DNA of 64,000 bases from contig CAMFII010000008.1 of assembly GCA_945952585.1 (NCBI GenBank), positions 53,234 through 117,233 on the forward strand. The letters run 5' to 3'. Both the position numbers and the translations under genes were made by a program. Under the pieces are notes generated by a model. It ran no database searches, was not told where the DNA came from, and saw nothing but the letters and a program-made list of their open reading frames with translations. Position 1 is the stretch's first letter, and the number at the start of each line of letters is the position of its first letter. The stretch comes from an uncultured Rhodobacter sp. GTDB taxonomy: Bacteria; Pseudomonadota; Alphaproteobacteria; Rhodobacterales; Rhodobacteraceae. This document shows positions 9,489-18,965 of this stretch, one piece after another.

Positions 9489-10010
9489 TGTCAGTAACTC
9501 CGGGACAATTGAGTTAACAGAACAGCCTGAGCGGGGGGCTGACATTCAGTTTTCATCGTTTTGGCGCTCATTCTCGCACGATCATTCTGCAACTGCGTCC
9601 CAGCCCGATGCCCCCATCCCTGGCCGGAAGCACAGCTTTAACCTTACGGAAGAGTTTAGCTCATCCTTGGCATTTGACGCGAATGCTTTCTGCATCGCAG
9701 CGCAAACTTGCGTGATTTTCGGAGCTACTCGGCGGTATGGCGCCCGCCAGACTCTCCGGGCTGCCCCCTTTCTGACAATTCGTGACGAATTATCGATCAA
9801 GGATTCAGCAAATCCGGACATCACCGATTCTCTTGTCGCGCAGCCTGCCTTAGGGAAAGAGGCTCCGGCTTCTCAAGACCCGCTGCATTGCAGAATTTCC
9901 GATAGCTTCCGTCGGCCATTTCTCATTGTTTCCAAATCGAAAATAGACGGTGGCGAACCGGCGCAGGGGCGTTGGGCTTGACGGCGCGACTGGCTGCGGT
10001 AAGCGGCAGC

Positions 10011-10661
10011 ATGACCGAATTCCAGTACGCCCCGCCCGACTTGCCGCTGCGCGTGATGCATCACGACGGTGAAATCGTGGTCGTCGACAAGCCGGCGGGT
10101 CTTCTTTCGGTGCCAGGCCGGGGCGAGGACCGAGCCGATTGCCTGATTGCGCGGCTGCGGGGGGTCTTCCCCGAAATCCTGCTCGTCCACCGGCTGGATC
10201 TCGACACTTCGGGCGTGATGGTCTTCGCGCTGACGCGGCGGGCACAAGCCGATCTTGGCCAGCAGTTCGAGAAGCGGCAGGTCCGCAAGACCTATGTCGC
10301 CCGGCTTTGGGGCAAGCTGGAGCCGGTCGAGGGCCGCGTCGACCTGCCGCTGATCGTCGACTGGCCGAACCGGCCCCGGCAGCATGTGAACCACGAGACC
10401 GGACGCCCGGCCCAAACCGACTGGAAGGTGCTGTCGCTCGACGGGCAGGAGACGCGCGTCAGGCTGATGCCGCTGACCGGTCGCAGCCATCAGCTGCGCG
10501 TCCACATGGCCGAAACCGGGCATCCGATCCTTGGCGATCCGCTTTATGCGGAAGGAGCGGCGCGTGATTTCCCGCGCCTCATGCTGCATGCCGAGAGCCT
10601 GCGCTTCCGGCATCCGGAAACGCGCAAGACGGTCACCTTTACCGCCCCGGCCCCATTCTAG
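10011..10661 (+). CDS. rluA: RluA family pseudouridine synthase
   Basis: VDKPAGLLS, HRLDLDTSG (catalytic Asp), TGRSHQLRVH, GHPILGDPLY. Confidence 0.9.
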   Translation: MTEFQYAPPDLPLRVMHHDGEIVVVDKPAGLLSVPGRGEDRADCLIARLRGVFPEILLVHRLDLDTSGVMVFALTRRAQADLGQQFEKRQVRKTYVARLWGKLEPVEGRVDLPLIVDWPNRPRQHVNHETGRPAQTDWKVLSLDGQETRVRLMPLTGRSHQLRVHMAETGHPILGDPLYAEGAARDFPRLMLHAESLRFRHPETRKTVTFTAPAPF

Positions 10662-12637
10662 AGTGCCAACGCCGCCTTTCGCCCTTCGTGGAAGGCATAG
10701 GCGGCAAGGCGCGGCGCGGAGCAGTCGCCGATCCGGATCGTGGTCTTGCCGTCGAACCTCTCGGGGAACGGATCGAAGGCCACGTTCGTGGTCGCCATCA
10801 CGAGGGCCGAGGCCGGAATGGTCTGTTCCGCGCCGGTCAGCAGGCTTTGGACCGTCACCCCGTTGCCGTGCCAGCGCAGAAGCCGGGTCTCGGTCAGGAA
10901 CTGCGTGCCCAGACGGGCCAGCCGCTGGCGGGCGGGACCATCGGCCGAGGTCCGGGTGATTTCCTTGCCGACATAGGGATCCGGCGTGACGATGGTGACC
11001 TTGATCCCCTGTTCTGCCATCGTCCAGGCGGTCCCCACCCCGCGCCAGTTGCCCCCCTCGTCATAGACGACGACCGCGTCGCCCAGCCGCGCCTCGCGAC
11101 GCATCACCGCCTCGGGCGACCACACCCCCGCGTCGATCCCGGGAAGCCGCGGCTCGCGCGGCTGCCAGCGCTGGAACCCCGTCTCGTCAGGAAGCGAGCC
11201 GGTGGCGAGGATCACCATGTCGGCGGGATGGTCGGCGATCTCGTCGGCGTCGAGGAAGGTATTCAGACGCAGGGTGACGCCAAGCCGGTCGAACTGCCGT
11301 TCGTACCAGTCGAGCAGGTCGAGGATCTGGGCCCGACGGGGCTGCATTCCGGCAAGCCTGAACTGGCCGCCGACCCTGGATGCGGCCTCGACGATCTCGA
11401 CGCGGTGGCCGCGTTCGGCGGCGGCGCGGGCGGCCTCCAGCCCGGCCGGACCGGCGCCGACGACGAGAACGTTTTTCTTCTCGGCGGCTTCGGTGAACCT
11501 GTCGCCGCCCCATTCCCACTCGCGGCCGACCGACGGGTTGATGAGGCAGGAAATCCAGTAGTCGCGGCTGCGTCGGCCCCAGCACATCTGGTTGCACGAA
11601 ATGCAGCCGCGCACATCCTCGGCCCGGCCTTCGGCGGTCTTGCGGGCAAGGTGCGGGTCCGCGATCTGGCCGCGCACGATCGAGACCATGTCGGCCTGCC
11701 CGGAGGCGATGACCGCCTCGGCATTCTCGGGGGTGCGGACATGCGCCTCCGAGGTGATCTTTGCGTGTTTCACCACCTGCTTCAGCCGTTCGGTGACCGG
11801 CGTGGTCAGCTTTTCGGCGAAAAGGAAGGTCGGCATCAGCCGCTCGAAATCGAGGTAGCCACCATGGCCGACGGTGACATAGTCCACGTCGCCCGTTGCG
11901 TCGTGGAGGGCGATGATTTCGCAGAGGTCTTCGATCGTTGGCAGGACACCGGGAAAGGCGTCGGACCAGGAGATCGCGAGGCCGATGATGAAATCCGGGC
12001 CACATTCCTTGCGGATGCGGTCGATCAGGGTCCGGGAAAAACGCGTGCGGTTCTCAAGACTTCCGCCCCATTTATCAGTGCGCTTGTTCGACCAGGGCGA
12101 CCAGAACTGGTCGAGCAGCGAATGGTAGGCCGCCCAGACCTCGACCCCCTGAAAGCCGCCCTTCTGGCAGCGGATGGCAGCGGCGACATGGGCGTCGAGA
12201 AGCTCCTCGATCTCGGCCTCGGTCATGGCGTGGGAACCGTCACTGTCGTGGTAGGACGGACCGCCGGACGGCGACCAGTGCGGGGCGAAGGAGAGGTCGG
12301 AATCTCCATGTGCGCCAACATGATAGAGCTGCTGGAGGATCACCGCGCCGGCGGCCTTGATGGGTTCGGTGACCTTCTGGAAATACGGGATCACCTCGTC
12401 GGTGGAGTGCAGGAAGTTGCCGCGGGTCAGGACGCCGGTGCGGTGAACGGGCATCGGCTCGGCCACGATCATCCCGGCCCCGCCGAGGGCGCGCTCAAGA
12501 AGGTAAGCGGCGGTGCGGGGGCCCGGAAGCCCTTGATCCGACATGTTGTTCGTGTGGGCCCCAAAGACGATCCGGTTGCGCAGGGTATGGCCGCGCAGGG
12601 TGATCGGGGACATGACGTGGGGGTGCTGGCTGGGCAT
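10658..12637 (-). CDS. NADH:flavin oxidoreductase (OYE TIM barrel + Fe-S + FAD domain; TMADH/2,4-dienoyl-CoA reductase-like)
   Basis: LRNRIV start, RTDKWGGSLENRTRF, CISCNQMC...CLINP Fe-S motif, VVGAGPAGLEAA; AGGAG RBS before the ATG at 12637. Confidence 0.85.
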   Translation of the reverse strand: MPSQHPHVMSPITLRGHTLRNRIVFGAHTNNMSDQGLPGPRTAAYLLERALGGAGMIVAEPMPVHRTGVLTRGNFLHSTDEVIPYFQKVTEPIKAAGAVILQQLYHVGAHGDSDLSFAPHWSPSGGPSYHDSDGSHAMTEAEIEELLDAHVAAAIRCQKGGFQGVEVWAAYHSLLDQFWSPWSNKRTDKWGGSLENRTRFSRTLIDRIRKECGPDFIIGLAISWSDAFPGVLPTIEDLCEIIALHDATGDVDYVTVGHGGYLDFERLMPTFLFAEKLTTPVTERLKQVVKHAKITSEAHVRTPENAEAVIASGQADMVSIVRGQIADPHLARKTAEGRAEDVRGCISCNQMCWGRRSRDYWISCLINPSVGREWEWGGDRFTEAAEKKNVLVVGAGPAGLEAARAAAERGHRVEIVEAASRVGGQFRLAGMQPRRAQILDLLDWYERQFDRLGVTLRLNTFLDADEIADHPADMVILATGSLPDETGFQRWQPREPRLPGIDAGVWSPEAVMRREARLGDAVVVYDEGGNWRGVGTAWTMAEQGIKVTIVTPDPYVGKEITRTSADGPARQRLARLGTQFLTETRLLRWHGNGVTVQSLLTGAEQTIPASALVMATTNVAFDPFPERFDGKTTIRIGDCSAPRLAAYAFHEGRKAALAL

Positions 12638-12905
12638 CGGTGGCGCTCCTTGATCGCGCCAAGCTAAGCGCAACTGCTTAATGAGCACGACCCGCGATGC
12701 GACCTGCAGACGGGCCCTCATGTCGGAAATGACCCAAGCGCAGCGCAGCACAGGTGACAGCCGGGTAGCCCGATTTGACACACCGCCGCTTGATCGTTTG
12801 GGCCAAAGCGGTCAGGCTTCCGGTAGGCCCGACATCAAGGCGGGGCGGAGGGGCGGCATGGTCGAGCTTTTGGGACAGGCTCACGAACAGAGAGTGTTTG
12901 CGACG

Positions 12906-14093
12906 ATGTGCAAAGTGGCTAGGGGATCGCTGATTGGTTGCCTTGTGGCGCTTTGCGGCTCGGCCGCTGCCGCCCAGGAACGGCCGGCGACCGACTTCGA
13001 CTACGACGACCTCCAATCCGAAGTCCCGATCGAATCCGAGGTGTTCACGCCGAAACTGACCTATGACAGCCCCGGCGGGAACGTCTTCACCTTCTACGGT
13101 CAGGTCAACCTGACCTATCAAAGCTTCGATGACGGAACCGAGACCACCAGCGGGCTTGTCGACAACGGCAACTGGAATACCCGGATCGGCTTTACCTATC
13201 TCCAGCCGCTCGATGAATTGACGCTGCGCTATCGCTTTGAGACCGGCCTTGGCCTGCGCAACAGCGCGCTTGTGTCGCAGACATTCGAGCCGCCCTGGAT
13301 CGACTGGCAAAAGACCTCATTGCGTTGGTTCGAGGTCGCCGCGGATGCCCGTATCGGGACATTCTCCTTCGGTCAGGGCAGCACCGCGTCGGACGGCACG
13401 GCGGGGCTCGACGACAGCTTTACCTTCGTGGCCGGCGCGACGAACTCGACCGATGGCTTCGGCTCTTTCCGGTTCCGGGATGCGGATGGCAACCTGACCA
13501 ATGTCTCGATCGGTCAGGTCAACAACGCGTTCAACGGGACCCGCCGCTTTCGGGCCCGCTACGACACGCCGATCTTCAACGGCGTGATGCTGTCGACCTC
13601 CTACGGCCGCAACATCCTGACCGACGGCGACAACGCCGATTACTACGACCTTGCCATCCGCTGGACCGGCAACATCGGCGATATCGAGGTCAGGACGGCG
13701 GCCGGATACCAGTGGATCGATGATCCGGATAACGGCCTGACCCGGCGCGTCGCCGGATCGGTAACGGGTGTTCATGTCCCGACAGGGCTGAACCTGTCCG
13801 TGTCGGCCGGTCAGCAGATCAACGGCGCGAGCTATTACTGGGCGCGGGCGGGGTGGCAGACCGACCTGATCGCGGCCGGGACGACCTACCTGTCCGTCGA
13901 CTACTACAATGGAAGCGATTTCCTGTCCGACGGTGCAAGGACCGAGAACTACGGGGTCTACGCCGTCCAGGACATCGACGCGCTGTCGCTGAACCTCTAT
14001 GCCGGTTGGCGGCGATTCACCTATGGCGACCGCTTGGGCAATACCTATCAGGATGCCGACGGCCTTCTTTTCGGCGCCCGCTGGTTCTTCTGA
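12906..14093 (+). CDS. Outer-membrane porin
   Basis: Signal peptide, FYGQVN first strand, amphipathic beta strands, C-terminal aromatic WFF. Start codon uncertain. Confidence 0.75.
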   Translation: MCKVARGSLIGCLVALCGSAAAAQERPATDFDYDDLQSEVPIESEVFTPKLTYDSPGGNVFTFYGQVNLTYQSFDDGTETTSGLVDNGNWNTRIGFTYLQPLDELTLRYRFETGLGLRNSALVSQTFEPPWIDWQKTSLRWFEVAADARIGTFSFGQGSTASDGTAGLDDSFTFVAGATNSTDGFGSFRFRDADGNLTNVSIGQVNNAFNGTRRFRARYDTPIFNGVMLSTSYGRNILTDGDNADYYDLAIRWTGNIGDIEVRTAAGYQWIDDPDNGLTRRVAGSVTGVHVPTGLNLSVSAGQQINGASYYWARAGWQTDLIAAGTTYLSVDYYNGSDFLSDGARTENYGVYAVQDIDALSLNLYAGWRRFTYGDRLGNTYQDADGLLFGARWFF

Positions 14094-14099
14094 CGCCAG

Positions 14100-14840
14100 T
14101 CAGGGGTTCGGCAGCCAGCCCGTCGCAAGGACGCCGGCCCAGTCGGGCCGTCCGCGCGCGGCGGCAAGGGCGGCTGCGCGCGTTGGGTCATAGGCCACGC
14201 GCCGGAACGCGACCGACCAGCCGCCCGGGATCGCATCAAGGATGGCATAGCAGGCGTGGGGAGTTCCCGCCTCGGCGCGGTGATGGACCGGATGGTCATC
14301 CTCGAACCCCGGACAGCCGACCGAACCCGGGTTCACCACCATCCGTCCGTCCGGCAGCTGGACAGCGGCCGCCAGATGGGTATGGCCGGAAAGCAGAAGC
14401 CCGGCCTCGACATCCCCGGCAATGCGCGCCACCCGAGCAGGCGCACTTGGGGCGAACAGGCCATCAGGCCGGACGTCATGCAACCAGTAGGTCGTATCGT
14501 CTTGCGGCGTCGCGTGGCAGAGGAAGATGTCGTCGATCCTGCGTGTCGCGGGAAGCGTTGCCAGCCAGTCAAGTTGCGCGGGTCTCAGGTGTGGCAGCGA
14601 ATCCGCTTCCCACGGCCCAAGCGGATCTGGGTGCTCGACCAGCCAGCGGTCGTGGTTACCGCGGACTGTCGGCCAGCCGAGTTGCTTCAGAACATCGGCG
14701 GTTTCCCCGGGCCAGAGCGGCCCGGAGAGGCAATCGCCAAGGTTGACCGTAAGGTCGGGCGATTGCAGCGCAAGGTCGTCCAGAACCGCGTTCAGGGCAT
14801 CAAGGTTGCCATGAACATCGGCAAGGACGGCAAGCCTCAC
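14100..14840 (-). CDS. Metallophosphoesterase family protein
   Basis: ADVHGN, NLGD, RGNHD, SGHTH, NPGSVG motifs. Confidence 0.88.
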   Translation of the reverse strand: MRLAVLADVHGNLDALNAVLDDLALQSPDLTVNLGDCLSGPLWPGETADVLKQLGWPTVRGNHDRWLVEHPDPLGPWEADSLPHLRPAQLDWLATLPATRRIDDIFLCHATPQDDTTYWLHDVRPDGLFAPSAPARVARIAGDVEAGLLLSGHTHLAAAVQLPDGRMVVNPGSVGCPGFEDDHPVHHRAEAGTPHACYAILDAIPGGWSVAFRRVAYDPTRAAALAAARGRPDWAGVLATGWLPNP

Positions 14841-16294
14841 TCGGCCGCCATGTCGATCGCGGAATCCCAGCCCGAGATCGCCTTGACCTCGAGGAATTCC
14901 TCCAGCCCCCAGATGCCGCCTTCGCGGGCGCGGCCCGAGGCCTTCACGCCACCGAAGGGCGAACCGGCACCACGGCTCTTGCCGTTCATCTGCACCATGC
15001 CCGACTTCAGTTGCAGCGCGAGGCGGTTGCGGCGCGCGCCGTCCTGGCTTTGCACGTAGTTGGTCAGGCCATAGGGCGTGTCATTGGCGATCTGCACCGC
15101 TTCCGCCTCGGTCTCGAAGGGGATCATGCACAGGACCGGGCCGAAGATCTCTTCCTTCTCGATGGTCATGCCGGGCTTCACATCGGCGAAGATCGTCGGC
15201 TTGACGTAGAAGCCGCGGTTGAAGCCTTCGGGCAGGCCGGGGCCACCGGCGATCAGCCGCGCGCCTTCGTCGATGCCCTTCTGGATGTAGCCCTGGATCT
15301 GCTCCCACTGGCGCTTGTTCACCACCGGGCCCATGTGCGGACCTTCCTCGTGGGCGGAGCCGACCTTGATCTCTCCCGCGACCTTGGCCGCGATTTCCAC
15401 CGCGCGGTCGTAGATCGGGCGTTCGACCAGCATCCGGCTCGGCGCGTTGCAGGACTGGCCCGAGTTGTCCATCATGTGGCGCACGCCGCGCTCCACCGCC
15501 CGGTCATCGGCATCGGCGAAGATCAGGTTGGCGCCCTTGCCCCCCAGTTCCAACGTGACGCGCTTCAGCGTTTCGGCGGCGGCCTTGGAGATGGCGCGGC
15601 CGGCACGGGTCGAGCCGGTGAAGGAGATCATCTCGACATCCGGATGGGTCGACAGCTGCGCGCCGACGCCCATGCCGTCGCCGTTCACCAGGTTGAATAC
15701 GCCCGGCGGCAGGCCCGCGTCATGGCAGAACTCGGCGAAGATCATCGCGTTGATCGGGCTTTCCTCGGACGGCTTCAGCACGCAGGTGCAGCCGGCCAGG
15801 ATCGCCGGGATCGCCTTGAGCGCGATCTGGTTCATCGGCCAGTTCCACGGCGTGATGAGGCCGACGACGCCGATCGGCTCCAGCGCGATACGGTCGTTCG
15901 GCGCGTGGGGGCCAAGCGGGCGGACCCATTCGATATGGTCGAAAGCAGTCAGGAAGTTCTTGAGGTGCCAGGGCAGGCAGGGCGCCTGTTCGCCCCGGGC
16001 ATGGTCGAGCGGCGAGCCCATTTCCATGCTGATCGCCTGCGCCAGTTCCTCTTTCCGCTTCTCGTATTGTTCGAGGATGCGGACGACGGCGGCGCGGCGC
16101 TCGGCCGGGGGCGTCGCTGCCCATTTCGGGAAGGCAGCCTTGGCGGCGGCGACGGCGGCATCGGTATCGGCCTTGTCACCGAGCGAGATGATCGCGCAGA
16201 CCTCTTCGTTCGACGGGTCGATGACGGCGCAATCGCGCGGCGTGGCCGGGGCCACCCATTTGCCGTTGATGTAGAACTCGCGTCTTTCGATCAT
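14837..16294 (-). CDS. Aldehyde dehydrogenase family protein
   Basis: ITPWNWP, SFTGSTRAG, LELGGK, catalytic GQSCNAP, EEIFGPV; GGAGG RBS. Confidence 0.93.
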   Translation of the reverse strand: MIERREFYINGKWVAPATPRDCAVIDPSNEEVCAIISLGDKADTDAAVAAAKAAFPKWAATPPAERRAAVVRILEQYEKRKEELAQAISMEMGSPLDHARGEQAPCLPWHLKNFLTAFDHIEWVRPLGPHAPNDRIALEPIGVVGLITPWNWPMNQIALKAIPAILAGCTCVLKPSEESPINAMIFAEFCHDAGLPPGVFNLVNGDGMGVGAQLSTHPDVEMISFTGSTRAGRAISKAAAETLKRVTLELGGKGANLIFADADDRAVERGVRHMMDNSGQSCNAPSRMLVERPIYDRAVEIAAKVAGEIKVGSAHEEGPHMGPVVNKRQWEQIQGYIQKGIDEGARLIAGGPGLPEGFNRGFYVKPTIFADVKPGMTIEKEEIFGPVLCMIPFETEAEAVQIANDTPYGLTNYVQSQDGARRNRLALQLKSGMVQMNGKSRGAGSPFGGVKASGRAREGGIWGLEEFLEVKAISGWDSAIDMAAE

Positions 16295-16534
16295 GGAATC
16301 CTCCACAGGAATTTGATCAAATTATGTCAGGTCGGACCGGCTTTCGCAAGGCACCCGGTCCGCAGGCTCTTGCCGCCACCCTTCGGAGCGGAGAATGACG
16401 CTTTCGTCACAGGAGGGTGCGACAGAAAGCGACGTTCTTTCCGACATGTAATGTCGCGGCCCACGCCTTTGGGGCTGGTCTTGGCCGACAGGCGGATTAT
16501 CAATCTCCCGCAACCATTTGACTTGGAGGATTCC

Positions 16535-17194
16535 ATGGGACTTCGCATCAATGACATCGCCCCTGACTTCACCGCGGAGTCGACCGCCGGCACCATCCGG
16601 TTCCATGACTGGATCGGCGACGGCTATGCACTGATCTTCTCGCATCCGCGGGATTTCACGCCGGTCTGCACGACGGAATTCGGCGCGGTGGCGCAGCTCG
16701 CGCCGGAATTCGAAAAGCGGAAGACCAAGGTGATCGGTGTATCGGTCGATTCGGTCACGGATCACGAGAAGTGGAAGAAGGACATCGAGGCAGTGGCCGG
16801 CGTGCCCGCGAACTTCCCGATCATCGATGACTCATCGCTCGCAGTGGCGAAGGCCTTCGACATGCTTCCGGCCGATTACTACACCCCGACCGAGGGCCGC
16901 ACCCCGGCCCATACCGCCACCGTGCGCAGCGTCTACCTGATCGGGCCGGACAAGAAGATCCGCTGGACGCTAACTTATCCGATGTCGGTCGGCCGGAACT
17001 TCGCCGAGATCCTGCGGGCACTCGACGCGGTGCGCGCGACCGACGGCGTGCCGCTGGCGACGCCGGCCAACTGGGTGCCGGGGCAGGACGTGATCGTGGC
17101 GCTTGCACTGAACAACGACCAGGCCAAGGAACGCTTCGGCGAGCTGGACATCAAGCTGCCCTACCTGCGCTTCGCCAAGGCGCCAAAGGCTTGA
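16535..17194 (+). CDS. 1-Cys peroxiredoxin (Prx6)
   Basis: HPRDFTPVCTTE motif, single Cys, YPMSVGRNF; GGAGG RBS. Confidence 0.92.
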   Translation: MGLRINDIAPDFTAESTAGTIRFHDWIGDGYALIFSHPRDFTPVCTTEFGAVAQLAPEFEKRKTKVIGVSVDSVTDHEKWKKDIEAVAGVPANFPIIDDSSLAVAKAFDMLPADYYTPTEGRTPAHTATVRSVYLIGPDKKIRWTLTYPMSVGRNFAEILRALDAVRATDGVPLATPANWVPGQDVIVALALNNDQAKERFGELDIKLPYLRFAKAPKA

Positions 17195-17210
17195 TCCAGC
17201 CGATAGCGCG

Positions 17211-17266
17211 GCGAGGGGGGCTTTGCGCCCCCCTCGCCCCCCGCTGGATATTTGTGCAAAAGAGAC
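17211..17266 (+). repeat. REP-like GC hairpin repeat, copy 1
   Basis: GCGAGGGGGG-CTTTGCG-CCCCCCTCGC hairpin followed by CCCCCGCTGGATATTTGTGCAAAAGA; related copy at 55249. Confidence 0.65.
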
Positions 17267-17324
17267 AGACAGAGGGGGCCGTCCGGGAACCGGGCGGCAC
17301 TTTTCATTGCAGGGAGGGGAGCGG

Positions 17325-18497
17325 ATGACACCCGAAACGGTTGCACGGCTGCGGCGCGAGACACCGGCCTGCGCGACGCTTCTGCATTTCAACAATGCCG
17401 GGTCGTCCCTGATCCCCGATCTGGTGCACCAGACGGTGCTGGACTATCTCGAGGCCGAGCGGCGGATGGGCGGCTACGAGGCCGAGGCGGCGCTCGCCGC
17501 GCGGCTGGAGCGGTTCTACACCGGCTTTGCTGAGTTGCTTGGCGCTGAGCCGGCCGAGATCGCCTGGGCGGAAAGTGCGACCCGGGCCTGGGATTCGGTG
17601 TTCTACGGGCTGGATTGGCAGGAGGGGGACGAGGTCATCATCCATGTCTCCGACTACGGCTCGAACACGCTGTCACTCCTGCAGATGCAGGCGCGGAAGG
17701 GGATCGCGGTCCGCGAATGTCCGTCGGACGGTAGCGGGCAGATCGATGTCGATGCGCTGGACCGGATGATCGGACCGCGAACGAAGCTGGTCGCGCTGAG
17801 CCATATTCCGACGCAAGGGGGCCTTGTGAACCCGGGCGCCGAAGTGGGGCGGGTGACGCGCGATCACGGGGTCTTCTACCTGCTCGACGCCTGCCAGAGC
17901 CTGGGGCAGGTCGAGGTGGACGTGCGTGCCATAGGTTGCGACGCGCTGTCCGGAACCGGCCGGAAGTTCCTGCGCGGGCCAAGGGGCACGGGCGTCCTGT
18001 GGGTGTCCCGCGCGGCGCTGGATCGGTTGGACCCGCCCTTCATCGACGGGCATTCGGCCTTCGTGTCGGGCGATGGCTTCGAGTGGGAACCGGGGGCAAA
18101 GCGGTTCGAAGCCTTCGAGCAGAACTATGCCGGCAAGGCCGGGCTGGCGCGGGCGGTGGACTACGCGCTGGAGATCGGCATGGCGGCGATCGCCGAGCGC
18201 ATCGCCGGGCTGGCAGAGCAGCTGCGCGAAGAGCTTGCCAGCCTGCCGGGCGTGACGGTGCGCGACCAGGGCGAGCGCAAGGGCGGGATCGTGACCTTCA
18301 CGGTCGAGGATAAGCCGTCGCGCGGGATCGTCGCGGCGCTCGGGGCGCAGGGCATCAACTGCTCGCTGTCCTACGCGCGATGGGCGCCGAGGGACTTTGC
18401 CCGGCGGCACCTGCCCGAAATGGTGCGCGCCTCGGTCCATGCCTACAACACCCCGGCCGAGATCGGGCGCTTTGTGGCGGCGGTGGCGGAGCTTTAG
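17325..18497 (+). CDS. Aminotransferase class V-fold PLP enzyme (C-S lyase-like)
   Basis: HFNNAGSS, LDACQSLG, GTGRKFLRGPRGTG (PLP Lys), RASVHAYNT. Confidence 0.85.
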   Translation: MTPETVARLRRETPACATLLHFNNAGSSLIPDLVHQTVLDYLEAERRMGGYEAEAALAARLERFYTGFAELLGAEPAEIAWAESATRAWDSVFYGLDWQEGDEVIIHVSDYGSNTLSLLQMQARKGIAVRECPSDGSGQIDVDALDRMIGPRTKLVALSHIPTQGGLVNPGAEVGRVTRDHGVFYLLDACQSLGQVEVDVRAIGCDALSGTGRKFLRGPRGTGVLWVSRAALDRLDPPFIDGHSAFVSGDGFEWEPGAKRFEAFEQNYAGKAGLARAVDYALEIGMAAIAERIAGLAEQLREELASLPGVTVRDQGERKGGIVTFTVEDKPSRGIVAALGAQGINCSLSYARWAPRDFARRHLPEMVRASVHAYNTPAEIGRFVAAVAEL

Positions 18498-18539
18498 GGT
18501 CAGCGGCAAATCCGAAGTATTTTTGTCGGCATTGTTGAT

Positions 18540-18556
18540 CTGACTGTTTCTGTCTG
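18540..18556. promoter_or_regulatory. Possible Iron-Rhodo-box/IscR-like operator
   Basis: CTGAC-N7-GTCTG (one mismatch to CTGAC-N7-GTCAG) 40 nt upstream of an iron-uptake pair; weak match. Confidence 0.3.
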
Positions 18557-18596
18557 GTATTCCGCGCCACAGAGCAACTTCCGGGATCATGCAGTC

Positions 18597-18941
18597 ATGA
18601 CACGTCATCGCCCCCTCTCCCTTCTTGCGGCCCTGGGGCTGGTTCTGGGTCTGGGGCCTGCCCTTGCCGAGACATCGGCTCTGACGGTCACGCTGACGGA
18701 TGGCGTGGTTGCCCCGCAGACGATCGAGCTTCCCGCCGATACCGCCGCGACGCTGACCGTGGTCAACGCGGGAGCGACGCCGGCCGAGTTCGAAAGCAAG
18801 CAACTGCGTATCGAAACCATCATCGCGCCCGGCCAGACGACAACCATCGAGTTGCAACCCCTGCCGGCGGGCAGCTATTCCTTCGTCGAGGAGTTCCACG
18901 AGAATCTCGATACCGCGCGCGGCACCATCGTCGCCAAGTAA
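18597..18941 (+). CDS. Periplasmic cupredoxin-domain protein (FtrB/EfeO-N-like)
   Basis: Signal peptide; EFES..LR.E.IIAPG and YSFVEEFH motifs; adjacent to FTR1. Confidence 0.8.
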   Translation: MTRHRPLSLLAALGLVLGLGPALAETSALTVTLTDGVVAPQTIELPADTAATLTVVNAGATPAEFESKQLRIETIIAPGQTTTIELQPLPAGSYSFVEEFHENLDTARGTIVAK

Positions 18942-18965
18942 GCCCTTCCAAGGCGAGGCTCCCCC

